Below are positions 1 through 10,153 of a DNA stretch of 32,000 nt, piece by piece. A program made the position numbers and the translations under genes. Where the stretch lies: the NCBI RefSeq assembly GCF_000186885.1, contig NC_014972.1, positions 2,850,001 through 2,882,000 on the forward strand. Direction: 5' to 3'. Origin of the DNA: Desulfobulbus propionicus DSM 2032 (GTDB taxonomy: Bacteria; Desulfobacterota; Desulfobulbia; Desulfobulbales; Desulfobulbaceae). The notes beneath the pieces are model-generated. The model had not been told where the DNA came from and made no database searches. It was given only the letters and a program-made list of their open reading frames with translations. Numbering within the stretch: the stretch's first letter is position 1; every line of letters begins with the position of its first letter.

Positions 1-305
1 TGACCGTGCCCTCGGGCGAAGAAGCCGTCGAATACATAAAAAAAACGCCCGTTGACCTGGTCATCCTCGACATGCTCATGGATCCGGGAATCAACGGCTG
101 TGAAACCTACGAACAGATTCTCCGTCACGTCCCGGGACAAAAGGCCATCATCACCAGCGGCTATTCCAACGCCGAGGAGATCAATCGGGCCATGAACCTG
201 GGCATCAGCCAGTTCGTCAAAAAACCGTATTCCCTTTACGAACTCGCCCAAGCCCTGAAAACGGAAATGGCCCCGCCCCACTCCTCGATGTATTCTCAAA
301 AATAA
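1..305 (+). CDS. C-terminal receiver domain of a response regulator or hybrid histidine kinase (5' truncated by window)
   Basis: In-frame from window edge; DLVILDML phospho-acceptor region, TSGY and VKKPY motifs typical of REC domains; stop TAA at 303-305. Confidence 0.85.
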   Translation, partial: TVPSGEEAVEYIKKTPVDLVILDMLMDPGINGCETYEQILRHVPGQKAIITSGYSNAEEINRAMNLGISQFVKKPYSLYELAQALKTEMAPPHSSMYSQK

Positions 306-540
306 TCGCGCCGCGCAACGGGCCACTGGCGGGCCACCCGGCGACCTTCCGGTCTTCCGCCTTCAACGGGAGGAAAGCCCCGTTTCCTCGGCCGGACGTT
401 CGTGGTATAAGGCTGCGTGACGGATCCCCCCTTCCCCTGGGCCCCCCTGGCGCGACAACCACCCGCCCGAAAAGGCTGCTCGCGGCGGCTCCGCCCTTGT
501 GCCTGGTTCACGGGCCATGACTTTTTATTGGGAGTTTTCC

Positions 541-2406
541 ATGAAACAATTGTTCCGCATCCTCTTTATGCCCCTGTTCTGGCTCTGGAAATTCCTCAGC
601 TCCGGGTTGTCTGTACTGTCCAACCTTCTTTTCCTGGCCCTTGTCCTGGCGATTCTGACCGTGGCTTTCTACACACCCAAGATCGACGTGCCGGCGGCTT
701 GCGCCCTGGTGGTGTCCCCGGCAGGAGATATTGTCGAAGAGCGTTCGCCCATGGATCCCATGACCAGGATACTGGGGCATCTGTCCGGAACACCCCTTGA
801 AAAGGATACCTTTCTCCAGGACATCCTTGATGGGGTGAACGCGGCCAGTGGGGACGCCCGCATCAAAATGCTGGTCATCAACACCAATCGCATGGGCGGC
901 GCCAGCCTTGACCAGCTGCGGGCCATCGGGACCGCGGTGGAGGCGTTCAAGAAGACGGGCAAGGAGGTGATCGCCTTGGGCGACAGCTTCAACCAGGCCC
1001 AATACTATCTGGCTTCCTGGGCCGACAAAATCTATCTCCATCCCATGGGAGCGGTCGACATCCGCGGCTTTTCCGTGTTCCGGCTCTACCTGCGGGAGAT
1101 GCTCGACAAACTGGCGATCAACATGCACGTGTTCCGCGTCGGCACCTTCAAATCGGCGGTGGAGCCGTTTCTCCGCAACGACATGTCCCCGGAAGACAGG
1201 GAAGCCAACAGCTTGTGGCTGGGCAACCTGTGGCAGGTCTATCGCGACGATATCGTTCGGCACCGCAAACTCGACGCCGAGGTGTTCGTCGACAACGTCA
1301 ACCAGATGGTCACGCAGCTGGCCTCGGTGGGCGGTGACCGTGGCCGTCTGGCCGTGGCCACAGGCCTGGTGGACGGCCTGAAGAGCCATCAGGAACTGGA
1401 ACAACTGCTCAAGGAGCACATCGGGGTTTCGGCCGATGCAAAGAGTTTCCGCCATATCGCCCTCAGCGATTATCTGCAGACCTTCCCCTCCTCCTATGTC
1501 GACACCAAGGGAAAGAAAGAGCTGATCGGCATCATCGCCGCCTCGGGCAACATCCTGCCCGGCGAGGGGGCGGTTGGCCAGATCGGTGCCGACGACCTGA
1601 TCAAGCGTATCCGCAAGGCTCGGCAGGATCAGCGAATCAAGGCCATCGTCTTGCGTATCACCACCGGCGGCGGCAGCGCCCTTGCCTCGGAACTGATCCG
1701 CCAGGAGCTGGCGCAGGCAAAAAAAGAAGGAAAAATCGTGGTGGTGTCCATGGGGGCCATGGCCGCCTCGGGCGGCTACTGGCTGGCGGCCGATGCCGAC
1801 CTGATCGTGGCCGCGCCGACCACCCTCACCGGCTCGATCGGCATCTTCGGGGCCGTGCCCACGGTGGAGAAAACCCTGGCCAACCTGGGCATCCACGGCG
1901 ACGGGGTGGGCACCACCGATATCGCCCACTTCGGCAACCCGGCCACGACCATGAGCCCCGAGGAAGAAACCGCCCTGCACATGGAGGTGATGCAGGGCTA
2001 CCGCCGGTTCATCGACATCGTCGCCCAAGGACGGAAAATGCGTCCGGAGCAGGTGGAGAAAATCGCCGAAGGACGGGTGTGGGATGGGACGACCGCGCTC
2101 AAGCTCGGACTGGTGGACAAGCTGGGCAATCTGGAGGAAGCTATCGCCGAGGCCGCCAAGCTGGCCAAGGTTCCGGAAGAAAACGGCTTGTTCATCGAGC
2201 TGACGCCGGACAATTACCTCGAACGCTTCAAACGGGTGGAGCAGCCGATCGAGGCCCTGCTCGCCCGTCTGACCGGCTCGGCGGCGCTGCCCGTTTCCCT
2301 GCGGCGCACGGCCCAGGAACAGTTCGACTTCCTCCTGCCTGCGGCCGACCCCAGGGGCCTCTATGCCCACAGTCTGGTGCCGTTGTCGGCGCTCCGGTTT
2401 CGCTAG
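541..2406 (+). CDS. sppA: Signal peptide peptidase SppA, 67K type (S49 family)
   Basis: ATG at 541 preceded by GGGAG; N-terminal TM segment; QYYLASWADKIYLHPMGAVDIRG, HVFRVGTFKSAVEPF, and GAMAASGGYWLAADADLIVAAPTTLTGSIGIFG motifs of SppA. Confidence 0.93.
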   Translation: MKQLFRILFMPLFWLWKFLSSGLSVLSNLLFLALVLAILTVAFYTPKIDVPAACALVVSPAGDIVEERSPMDPMTRILGHLSGTPLEKDTFLQDILDGVNAASGDARIKMLVINTNRMGGASLDQLRAIGTAVEAFKKTGKEVIALGDSFNQAQYYLASWADKIYLHPMGAVDIRGFSVFRLYLREMLDKLAINMHVFRVGTFKSAVEPFLRNDMSPEDREANSLWLGNLWQVYRDDIVRHRKLDAEVFVDNVNQMVTQLASVGGDRGRLAVATGLVDGLKSHQELEQLLKEHIGVSADAKSFRHIALSDYLQTFPSSYVDTKGKKELIGIIAASGNILPGEGAVGQIGADDLIKRIRKARQDQRIKAIVLRITTGGGSALASELIRQELAQAKKEGKIVVVSMGAMAASGGYWLAADADLIVAAPTTLTGSIGIFGAVPTVEKTLANLGIHGDGVGTTDIAHFGNPATTMSPEEETALHMEVMQGYRRFIDIVAQGRKMRPEQVEKIAEGRVWDGTTALKLGLVDKLGNLEEAIAEAAKLAKVPEENGLFIELTPDNYLERFKRVEQPIEALLARLTGSAALPVSLRRTAQEQFDFLLPAADPRGLYAHSLVPLSALRFR

Positions 2407-2416
2407 AAGGTGCGGA

Positions 2417-3589
2417 TCAGCCCTTGAGCACCGCCAGCGGCTCAAGTTCGGTGACCACCTCGATCAAATCAGCCTGGCTGGCGATCACCACGTTGATGTC
2501 CTTGTAGGCTCCGGGCGCCTCTTCGAGATCGCTGCGATGGCGGAGCGAGTGGAGGATATGACGGGCATTGAGCTTGTCGATTTCCTCGCGCAGGTTGAGC
2601 ACCCGCTGGGCCTCCTTGCGGCCCAACACCCGGCCGGCGCCATGGGAACAGGACATGAACGACTGCGGGTTGCCCAGGCCGCGAACGATATAGCTGCGGC
2701 TGCCCTGGGAACCGGGAATGATGCCGTACTCCCCGGCAAAGGCGCGGGTAGCCCCCTTGCGGTGCACCCAGACCTCCCGGCCGAAATGCGTCTCGCGGGC
2801 CGCATAGTTGTGGGCCACATCCACGGGCGGCTCAAACTGGTCGCAACCGGTGATCTCGGCCACGATTTCCTGGAAGGCGTTCATCATCTCCCGCCGGTTG
2901 GCACGGGCAAAGGCCACGCAGTATTCCATCTCGCGCAGGTAGCGTTGCCCCTCGGCCGAGGCCAGCGGCAGGGCCGCCAGCTGCCACTGGCTGGGAATGG
3001 CCTCCTGGCCCTTGGTTTTTGCCAGTCGGATGGCCAGGGTATTGTACTGGCCGGCCACCTTGTAGCCGATGTTCCTGCTGCCGGAATGGACCATCAGCCA
3101 AATGCGCTGATCACGGCCCCGTTGGATCTCGATGAAGTGATTGCCGCCGCCCAAGGTGCCGATCTGGCAGCGAGCGCTGGCAAACTCCTCGGCCACCACC
3201 GGCATCTCCCGCTCCAGGTCACCCGGATCGGGCAAGGAGGCCACCGGCCGCGGTTTGTCGTGATGCTTGAATCCAAGCGGGATGGCCTGGCGCAGGCCGG
3301 CCAGGATTTTCTTCAGCTCCGGCGGATCGATGTCGCTCAACCCGGTGCGCACGGCCCGCATGCCGCAGCCGATGTCAACCCCCACCGCGTTGGGAATGAC
3401 GGCGCCGATGGTCGCCAGTACCCCGCCGATGGGCATGCCGTACCCCACATGGGCATCGGCCATGATGGCCACATGATGGAAGGCGCAGGGAAGATTGGCC
3501 AGGTGCCGCGCCTGCTCCAGGGCGTCCGCGTCCAGCTCCGCCAGCCAGAGCATCAAGGGAATTTTCTCGGTTGTGATGACCCGTTGCAC
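2417..3589 (-). CDS. rtcB: RtcB-family RNA-splicing ligase
   Basis: 390 aa, GTG start with AGAGGA upstream; VGVDIGCGM, GTLGGGNHFIE, MVHSGSRNIG, HNYAARE, HRKGATRA, SCSHGAGR motifs. Confidence 0.92.
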   Translation of the reverse strand: MQRVITTEKIPLMLWLAELDADALEQARHLANLPCAFHHVAIMADAHVGYGMPIGGVLATIGAVIPNAVGVDIGCGMRAVRTGLSDIDPPELKKILAGLRQAIPLGFKHHDKPRPVASLPDPGDLEREMPVVAEEFASARCQIGTLGGGNHFIEIQRGRDQRIWLMVHSGSRNIGYKVAGQYNTLAIRLAKTKGQEAIPSQWQLAALPLASAEGQRYLREMEYCVAFARANRREMMNAFQEIVAEITGCDQFEPPVDVAHNYAARETHFGREVWVHRKGATRAFAGEYGIIPGSQGSRSYIVRGLGNPQSFMSCSHGAGRVLGRKEAQRVLNLREEIDKLNARHILHSLRHRSDLEEAPGAYKDINVVIASQADLIEVVTELEPLAVLKG

Positions 3590-3719
3590 AGTGTCCTCTT
3601 GCTCTCTTGTCGATCTGGTTTATAGTGCCGCCTCATGAAAGGATATCCTGACAGCCGCACCGTGTTTCCGGCCCGGCCGGGGTACCCGCACTCTCAACGA
3701 TCCGCCTTGCATCCGTCCC

Positions 3720-4688
3720 ATGATCACCGAAGCAACCCTGCTCCACCTCTGGCACCATCTTGGCTGGCCGCTGCTGCGCCTGTTGCTCTACCTGGCCATT
3801 GGCCTGCTCGCGGCCCTGTTCATCGAATCGCTCAACTGGACCCGCAAACTGGCCATCGTCGCCCGGCCGCTGACCCGCTTCGGCCATCTCTCGCCGCTGA
3901 CCGGGGCCTCCTTTTCGATGTGCTTCTTTTCCGGCATGGCCGCCAACACCATGCTGGCCGAGGGATACGACAGCAAACAGTTGAGCCGCAAGGAACTGAT
4001 CCTGGCAAACCTGTTCAACAGCCTGCCCAGTAATTTTCTCCATCTGCCGACAACATTCTTCATTGCCGCCCCGATTATCAAGGGCGCCGCCTTCATCTAT
4101 ATCGGCCTGACCGTCTCTGCCGCCGTGCTACGCACCCTGTTCATCGCCCTGGTGAGCCGGCTGCTGCTGCCGGCGGCCAACAGTGAGGCCCAGGCCATGC
4201 AGCTGCCGCCGGACCCGGCCCATCCCTTCCGCGCCGCCCTGCGCAATACCCTGAAACGGTTCAAGCGGCGCATCCGCAAGATCGTCAGTTACACGGTGCC
4301 GATCTACATCCTGTTCTATTTCCTCAGCGAGGCCGGTTTCTTTGCCGCCGCCGAACGGTTCATGGGACAGCATCTTGCTTGGATGGCGTGGCTGTCCCCC
4401 CAGGCCCTGTCCATCCTCACCTTTCAGATGGCCGCCGAGTTCACCGCCGGCCTGGCCGCGGCCGGGTCGCTTTTGGCCAGCGGTTCGATGAGCGCGCGCG
4501 AGATCGTGCTCGTGCTGCTGATCGGCAACGTGCTCTCCTCGCCGATCCGGGCCATCCGCCACCAGTATCCCTATTATGCCGGGATCTTCAAGCCGGTGCT
4601 GGCCGCGGAACTGATTCTGTTCAGCCAGAGTTTCCGGGCGTTGAGCATAGCCTTTGTTGCCCTGGTGTATTACTTTGTAACCGCGTAA
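3720..4688 (+). CDS. Nucleoside-recognition (Gate) domain membrane protein / putative permease
   Basis: 322 aa polytopic membrane protein with FFSGMAANTML..., NLFNSLPSNFLHLPTTFFIAAPIIKGAAF, duplicated hydrophobic halves. Confidence 0.7.
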   Translation: MITEATLLHLWHHLGWPLLRLLLYLAIGLLAALFIESLNWTRKLAIVARPLTRFGHLSPLTGASFSMCFFSGMAANTMLAEGYDSKQLSRKELILANLFNSLPSNFLHLPTTFFIAAPIIKGAAFIYIGLTVSAAVLRTLFIALVSRLLLPAANSEAQAMQLPPDPAHPFRAALRNTLKRFKRRIRKIVSYTVPIYILFYFLSEAGFFAAAERFMGQHLAWMAWLSPQALSILTFQMAAEFTAGLAAAGSLLASGSMSAREIVLVLLIGNVLSSPIRAIRHQYPYYAGIFKPVLAAELILFSQSFRALSIAFVALVYYFVTA

Positions 4689-4706
4689 ACAAAATTACCC
4701 ACCACT

Positions 4707-4725
4707 CTTGCCGGCGGGCGGCAGG
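4707..4725 (+). promoter_or_regulatory. Short hairpin between permease and universal stress protein genes
   Basis: CTTGCCG-GCGGG-CGGCAGG (one G-T pair); no T-tract, so not called as a terminator. Confidence 0.3.
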
Positions 4726-4753
4726 GGATCGAACAGCGACCAAGGAGATTCAG

Positions 4754-5677
4754 ATGGAAAGAACCATTCTCGTGGCGATCGACGGTTCCGTGTACAGCTC
4801 CAATAGCCTCGACTACCTGGCCCGATTGTTCGCAGCGGATCGCGGTCTCTCCATTCACCTGCTCAGCGTGGTGTCTGCGGGCGCCGCGGGCAAGGAATGG
4901 ATGCTTGAGGTCGATCCGCTCCGCGCCCAGGCGCCGGGTGCGGATAAACGCACCGCGCTCGCCCGCAGGCATCTCAAGGAGGCGGAGGAACGATTGATCC
5001 GCAGCGGCTTTGCCCAGGAACGGATCCAAACGCGGGTCAAGACCGCGGCAAGCGTCAGTGGCGCCATTCGCGAGGAGGCCGAGCGCGGCAACTACGACAG
5101 CCTGCTCGTCGGTCGCCGTGGCCTGGGGGCGGTGGGCAACATGTTTTTCGGCAGCACCTCGAGCGATCTGATTGAACGATGCCATCGGGTGCCGCTGTGG
5201 ATCGTCGACGGCAGTGTCGGCGCCTCCCGCTTTCTGCTCGCCGTGCATAGTCACCCCGCCTCGCTGATGGCGGCCGACCATCTGGCCTTCATGCTCAAGG
5301 ACCATCCAAGCGCCGAGATCTGCCTCTACCATTCCAATTCGGTGTTCGGCAAGCAGCCGGCGGCCAGGGCCGAGGAGTTTCACCCCCAATGGGGCAAGGC
5401 CTGGTGCGACCAGTATCTCGACCTGGACAACTTCCTTTTCTACGCCCATGCCCAGCTGCTGGTCGACAACGGCTTCGCCCGTCACCGCATCACCCAGCTG
5501 CCGGCGCAGATGCACCTCGACGTGAGCAGCGATCTGCTCAAGCAGGCCAAACAGTACAGCTGCGGGACCATCGTCATCGGCCGTCGACGGCGGGATCTGG
5601 CCAAGGGGCAGCTCAAGGGCATTTCCGAAAAAACCCTCAAGCAGGCCGAAAACATCGCCGTCTGGCTGGCCGGATAA
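4754..5677 (+). CDS. Tandem-domain universal stress protein (UspA family)
   Basis: ATG at 4754 with GGAG RBS; MERTILVAIDGS N-terminus, GRRGLGAVGNMFFGSTS ATP-binding-type motif, second degenerate domain ending TIVIGRRRRDLAKG. Confidence 0.9.
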   Translation: MERTILVAIDGSVYSSNSLDYLARLFAADRGLSIHLLSVVSAGAAGKEWMLEVDPLRAQAPGADKRTALARRHLKEAEERLIRSGFAQERIQTRVKTAASVSGAIREEAERGNYDSLLVGRRGLGAVGNMFFGSTSSDLIERCHRVPLWIVDGSVGASRFLLAVHSHPASLMAADHLAFMLKDHPSAEICLYHSNSVFGKQPAARAEEFHPQWGKAWCDQYLDLDNFLFYAHAQLLVDNGFARHRITQLPAQMHLDVSSDLLKQAKQYSCGTIVIGRRRRDLAKGQLKGISEKTLKQAENIAVWLAG

Positions 5678-5724
5678 TCTCTAAATCCCGGCGGCCGACC
5701 GCTCACTCCCGGCGGAGTGCCCGG

Positions 5725-8604
5725 CTATCGGCCGTTTTTCGGACTGACGATCACCGTGGCCGCCTGCTTCGGATCGAGATACCGACGGGCCAGGCCGGTC
5801 AACTCCTCCGCCTTGATGGCGGCAAAGCCTTCGCTGATCGACAGCGGCCACGTGAGCTGCTGCGGATGCCGGCTGGACAGGGTGAGCACCGATTCCATCC
5901 AGTAGCGATTGTTGCGCTTGATATCCTTGATCGAGGTCAGAGTCGGCTCCAGGGCCCGACGCAGTTCATCCTCACTCACTCCTTGCACGCCGAGACTGGC
6001 GGCAACCTCCCGGATCACCGTGGCCAGGGAAGCGGCTTGGTCCGGGGCAACGATCAGACTGCTCTGCAGCAGCCCAAAGCCCGCATGCCCGCGGCTGGGC
6101 ATGCTGACCACCCGGGGCGAGTAGGTGGCGCCCAGCTCCTCGCGGATCTTGACCCGCAACCGATCGTCCAACACCGCAGCCAACAGGTTGAGACGGCGGG
6201 TGCGGTCGATATCCCAAAAATCATCGGTTTTCCAGGCAACGGTGAGCAGGGCCCGATCAATGCTGCTGGCCACGGGCAAGAGCCGTTCCTGTCCGGCAGG
6301 GAAAACGATGGGCTTCGCCGGCGCAGCCGCCCCTGGCTGGCGCTGCTCGGCACCGAAATAGCGGCTGACCAAACGCACGACTTCTTGCGGGTCGATATCG
6401 CCGACCACGTTGATCTCCAGCGGCGCCTGGGCAAACACCGGCGTCAGCCAATCACGCACCTGGGCCAGCTCAACCCGCTCGATCTGTTCCCAGGACGCCA
6501 AACCGTATTCGGGGCTGGACCCGGCAAGAAAGCGCTCGCCCTGGGTTTGCTGCACCCCCTCAACCGTGCCGGCCAGCTGATCGTACATCCGGCGCAGATT
6601 CTCCCGGCTGCGGCGAAAGGCCTCGGGACGATAGGCCGGGTCGTGGAGGCGATGGGCGAGCACCTGCAGCAACCGTTCAAGTTCCTTGCTGAGCCCGCCG
6701 CCAACAAAGGAAAAGCTCTCCGGGCCAACCTTGAACTCCAGATTGATATTGGTCCCGGCCAGGGCCTTGGCCAGTTGTTCCCGGTTCAAGCGGCCGATGC
6801 CGCTTTCCCTGATCACCGCTTCGGCCATCATGGCCAACCCTTCCGCCGGCTCCGCCTGCTTCCCTTGGCCGAACTGCACCGACAACAGCACCTGCTGGGC
6901 CTGAAAATCGGTGGGCTTGATATTGAGCCGCACCCCGCCCGCAAGCACCACTGTCTCGACCCCGATGTCCGCATGCCGATTGTGCTCGATCACCCTACCG
7001 GAGGTCGCGGGCGGGGCAAGATAGGGAAAGGAGGCCTGTTCCTCTTCCACCCAAGGGACAGGAGGCTGGTTGGCATGGGCGCGATAAACCTCCCGAACCT
7101 GTTGCGCCCCCTGGGGTGCGGCCAGTTCCGGGGCCACCACGCCGACCACCTCCACCAGCCTGCGCTGCCGGCTCCACAGTTGCCGCCAGGCCTCGTTCAC
7201 CTCGTTCAGGGTCATCTTTTCCAGCGCTGGCCCGTAAAGAGCCATCTCCTGGGCAGGGGAAAGAATGACCTCGTGGTCGTTGAGTTTGCGGATGATCTCC
7301 TCGGCCAACTCCCGGCTGTCGCGGGTGGGGGCGGTCTGAACCGCCTTTTCCAGCAGGGCCATGACCTCGCGCTTGCCCCGCGCCAGTTCCGCCTCGGTAA
7401 AGCCGTCCTGCAGAGCTTGGGCCAGGGTCGTTTGCAGCAGGCTCAGCCCCTCCTGCCAGCGTCCGACCTCGGTGCGAGCCGCCAAGGTGGCAAAGCCAAA
7501 ACGACGAAGAAAGATGCCGGCATGCGCCCGGGGCTGGGCCACGGGGCTGTTAGCTCGCTGCTCCAGCTGCTCCAGCCGGTTGGCCAGCAGGGTTACGGCG
7601 ACATATTGCCGCAGCTGCGCCATTTCCCACACCAGGGTGTCCGGGCCGGGCGCGGTATTGAACACCGTGGTCAGGGCCAGGCCGGTATAACCCAGCTCCG
7701 GCTCGGGCAGAATCAGAACGTCGGTGCCCTCTTCCCGCACCATACCCCACTCCGGGCAGGAACCGACTTCTCCCACGCCCCGCAGACCGGCAAAAGCGGC
7801 GCGCACCTGCTGCTCGGTTTTCCGCAGATCGATATCGCCGACCACCACGGCGATCATGTTCTCCGGTCGATACCAGCGGTCATAATAGGCGCGGAGCAGG
7901 GCGCTGTTCGCGGTCTTGAGCACCTCTTCCTCGCCAATGGGATCGCGCGCCGTCACCAGGGTGCCGGCAAAATCGAACTGCAACTGCTGTTTCGATACCC
8001 GGGACGCGGCTGAATCTCGGCTGCGTTTTTCCGCCAGAATAATCCCCCGTTCCCGCTCCACCTCCTGCTCCAGCAACAGCGCCCCCCGGGCGTAATCGGC
8101 GAGCACCTTGAATCCCTCCGCCATGGCCTTGGCATCGCTGGCCGGCAGGAGCAGATTATAGACGGTTTCGTCAAAGCCGGTGTGGGCGTTGGTATCGCCG
8201 CCAAACCCCATGCCCTGGGCCTGCAGGTACTCGACCAGGGTTCCTGGGGGATAATGGGTGGTCCCGTTGAACAGCATGTGTTCCAGAAAGTGGGCGACGC
8301 CCCGTTGGCTGTCCGTTTCATGGATCGAACCCGACTGGACGTTGAGGTACAGCGCGGCCCGGTCCTTCGGCTCGGAGTTGGCCATGAGCACATATCGCAA
8401 CCCGTTGTCCAGTCGGCCAAACACCAGGGCCGGGTCAGGCTGGAGATCACTGGTGTCCTGGGGCCACCCCGTGGAAAGACAGGCTGAGGAAACGGAGGGG
8501 GACGTATCGGCACCGAAGATGACGGGTGCAGGGGCTGCGAGAAAAAACAGTGCCAGGAAAAAAAGGATACCGGTTCCTGTTCGGGAAAGGATATGGTGCA
8601 TCAT
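5725..8604 (-). CDS. M16 family (insulinase/PqqL-like) periplasmic zinc metalloprotease
   Basis: 959 aa; N-terminal signal peptide; HFLEHMLFNGT (HxxEH) zinc motif with downstream AHTGFDETVYNLLLP; two M16 halves. Confidence 0.93.
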   Translation of the reverse strand: MMHHILSRTGTGILFFLALFFLAAPAPVIFGADTSPSVSSACLSTGWPQDTSDLQPDPALVFGRLDNGLRYVLMANSEPKDRAALYLNVQSGSIHETDSQRGVAHFLEHMLFNGTTHYPPGTLVEYLQAQGMGFGGDTNAHTGFDETVYNLLLPASDAKAMAEGFKVLADYARGALLLEQEVERERGIILAEKRSRDSAASRVSKQQLQFDFAGTLVTARDPIGEEEVLKTANSALLRAYYDRWYRPENMIAVVVGDIDLRKTEQQVRAAFAGLRGVGEVGSCPEWGMVREEGTDVLILPEPELGYTGLALTTVFNTAPGPDTLVWEMAQLRQYVAVTLLANRLEQLEQRANSPVAQPRAHAGIFLRRFGFATLAARTEVGRWQEGLSLLQTTLAQALQDGFTEAELARGKREVMALLEKAVQTAPTRDSRELAEEIIRKLNDHEVILSPAQEMALYGPALEKMTLNEVNEAWRQLWSRQRRLVEVVGVVAPELAAPQGAQQVREVYRAHANQPPVPWVEEEQASFPYLAPPATSGRVIEHNRHADIGVETVVLAGGVRLNIKPTDFQAQQVLLSVQFGQGKQAEPAEGLAMMAEAVIRESGIGRLNREQLAKALAGTNINLEFKVGPESFSFVGGGLSKELERLLQVLAHRLHDPAYRPEAFRRSRENLRRMYDQLAGTVEGVQQTQGERFLAGSSPEYGLASWEQIERVELAQVRDWLTPVFAQAPLEINVVGDIDPQEVVRLVSRYFGAEQRQPGAAAPAKPIVFPAGQERLLPVASSIDRALLTVAWKTDDFWDIDRTRRLNLLAAVLDDRLRVKIREELGATYSPRVVSMPSRGHAGFGLLQSSLIVAPDQAASLATVIREVAASLGVQGVSEDELRRALEPTLTSIKDIKRNNRYWMESVLTLSSRHPQQLTWPLSISEGFAAIKAEELTGLARRYLDPKQAATVIVSPKNGR

Positions 8605-8677
8605 GGATTTCGTCGGCTCTGGTGGATAAAATCAAGAATAATTCACAACTATAGTGTGCATCCGGAAGGGGGACAAG

Positions 8678-9505
8678 ATGAATATTGCCGGGAAAAGGGC
8701 GTTGGTGCTCGGCGCTTCGCGCGGGGTGGGCCTGGCCATCGCCCGGATGCTGGCCGCGCACGGCGTCCGCTTGGCCCTGCCCTGGTTTGACTGGCCGGAA
8801 TCGGCGCTGGCCATGGCCAAGGAATTCGGCGAGGAAACCGGCGGCAATCTGGCCATGCAGGTCGATCTGCGCCAGCCGGAGGAAGTGGCGGCTTTGATGC
8901 GCGCGATCGACGAACGGATGGGCGGCCTGGACATCCTGGTCAACAACATCGAACGCGGCGGCATGCCGGTGCTCCATGGCGGATATCATCGAGAGGTCAA
9001 CCGCGACCAGTGGCAGCTGGAAATGGAAACAACCGTGCACGCCAAATGGCTGGTCTTTAATCAGGCCCTGCCGCTGCTGCGCCGCAGTCCGGAGGCGGTG
9101 GTGGTCAATCTTTCCTCGATCGCCGGCCTGGTCGGCCGATCCGGCCCGGCCGGGATGCTGTTCAATGACGGCTACGCCGCCGCCAACCGGGGGATTGCCT
9201 CCCTGACCGAAACCTGGGCGCGACTCGGGGCGCCGACCATCCGGGTCAACGAAATCATGCTGGGGCTGATCGACCAACGACACGGGCCGGGGACGCGGGG
9301 ATGGGCGCTGCTCAGTGACGCGCAACGCCGGGCATTGCTCGACCACACCTTGCTGCGCCGGACAGGCACCCCGGAGGAGGTGGCCAAGACCGTGCTCTTT
9401 CTCGTGCGGGACGCTGAATTTCTGACCGGAGCGGTGCTGCGGATGGACGGCGGATATGTGCTGGGTGGGGAGCAACCGCCCGAGATGCCGGACGGTGTGC
9501 TGTGA
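8678..9505 (+). CDS. Short-chain dehydrogenase/reductase family protein with atypical active site
   Basis: ATG at 8678 preceded by GGAAGGGGGAC; LGASRGVGLAIA nucleotide-binding loop, NLSSIAG, YAAAN where YxxxK is expected, C-terminal GAVLRMDGGYVLGG. Confidence 0.85.
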   Translation: MNIAGKRALVLGASRGVGLAIARMLAAHGVRLALPWFDWPESALAMAKEFGEETGGNLAMQVDLRQPEEVAALMRAIDERMGGLDILVNNIERGGMPVLHGGYHREVNRDQWQLEMETTVHAKWLVFNQALPLLRRSPEAVVVNLSSIAGLVGRSGPAGMLFNDGYAAANRGIASLTETWARLGAPTIRVNEIMLGLIDQRHGPGTRGWALLSDAQRRALLDHTLLRRTGTPEEVAKTVLFLVRDAEFLTGAVLRMDGGYVLGGEQPPEMPDGVL

Positions 9506-9527
9506 GCGGGCAAGACGGCAAACGGGA

Positions 9528-9785
9528 TCAGATGTCCAGCACCCAGTCAGGCAAATGGTGCATGATGTACTCGGTCACCTTTTCCTTGCCCTGGGGGTCG
9601 CTGGCCTTGACGCCGGCATCGCGCATCACTTCCTCGAAGTCAAACCAGCACAGCTCCTTTTCCTGGTGGCTGTAGACGGTGAGGATTCGATGATCGGGAT
9701 CATCGATGTCTTCTTCTTCCTGAATGGCGGCGACCAGACGGACCGCCTCCTCGTAGGGTAAAAAACGGATTTCTTCTTCGCTCAT
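9528..9785 (-). CDS. Small acidic protein of unknown function
   Basis: 85 aa from ATG (MSEEEIRFLPYEEAV...) with GGAG upstream; acidic composition and plausible RBS; no family recognised. Confidence 0.6.
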   Translation of the reverse strand: MSEEEIRFLPYEEAVRLVAAIQEEEDIDDPDHRILTVYSHQEKELCWFDFEEVMRDAGVKASDPQGKEKVTEYIMHHLPDWVLDI

Positions 9786-9889
9786 CGACAACTCCACGCT
9801 GCACACCGATTCATTGCTTGTGCCGAGCACGCATGAAAAAAGGGCGAGATGAACGGATCAACTCACCCTTTTCTGGAAAAATGGCAGGC

Positions 9890-10084
9890 TCAGGCAGGCT
9901 TGACAACAGCTCCGGAACGGATGCACCGGGTGCAGACGTTGGCATGCACGGTACCACCGTTGGCGGTCACCATCCGTACCCGCTGCAAGTTGGGCATCCA
10001 GCGGCGGCGGGTCTTGTTATGGGCGTGGCTGACATTGTTTCCGGTCGAGGGACCTTTGCCACAAATTGCACAATTACGGGCCAT
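9890..10084 (-). CDS. rpmB: 50S ribosomal protein bL28, zinc-ribbon (C+) form
   Basis: [34 protein letters not shown]..., paired CxxC (CAIC, CTRC); GAGGAG RBS. Confidence 0.97.
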   Translation of the reverse strand: MARNCAICGKGPSTGNNVSHAHNKTRRRWMPNLQRVRMVTANGGTVHANVCTRCIRSGAVVKPA

Positions 10085-10125
10085 GATATTTTCTCCTCAA
10101 GAAATTCAATTTTCAATAACCGCTT

Positions 10126-10153
10126 ATATTATCCACGCACCATGAAAAATCAA
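10126..10153 (-). promoter_or_regulatory. Candidate sigma-70 promoter for rpmB
   Basis: On minus strand TTGATT (10148-10153) - 16 bp - TAATAT (10126-10131), about 40 bp upstream of the ATG. Confidence 0.4.

Noticed and set aside
508-2445. 645-aa minus-strand ORF over sppA, and plus-strand ORF 2363-3625 over rtcB
   Set aside because: Shadow ORFs opposite strongly motif-supported genes.
5389-8013. 874-aa plus-strand ORF opposite the M16 protease
   Set aside because: Antisense to a protease with an intact HxxEH motif; translation lacks domain signatures.
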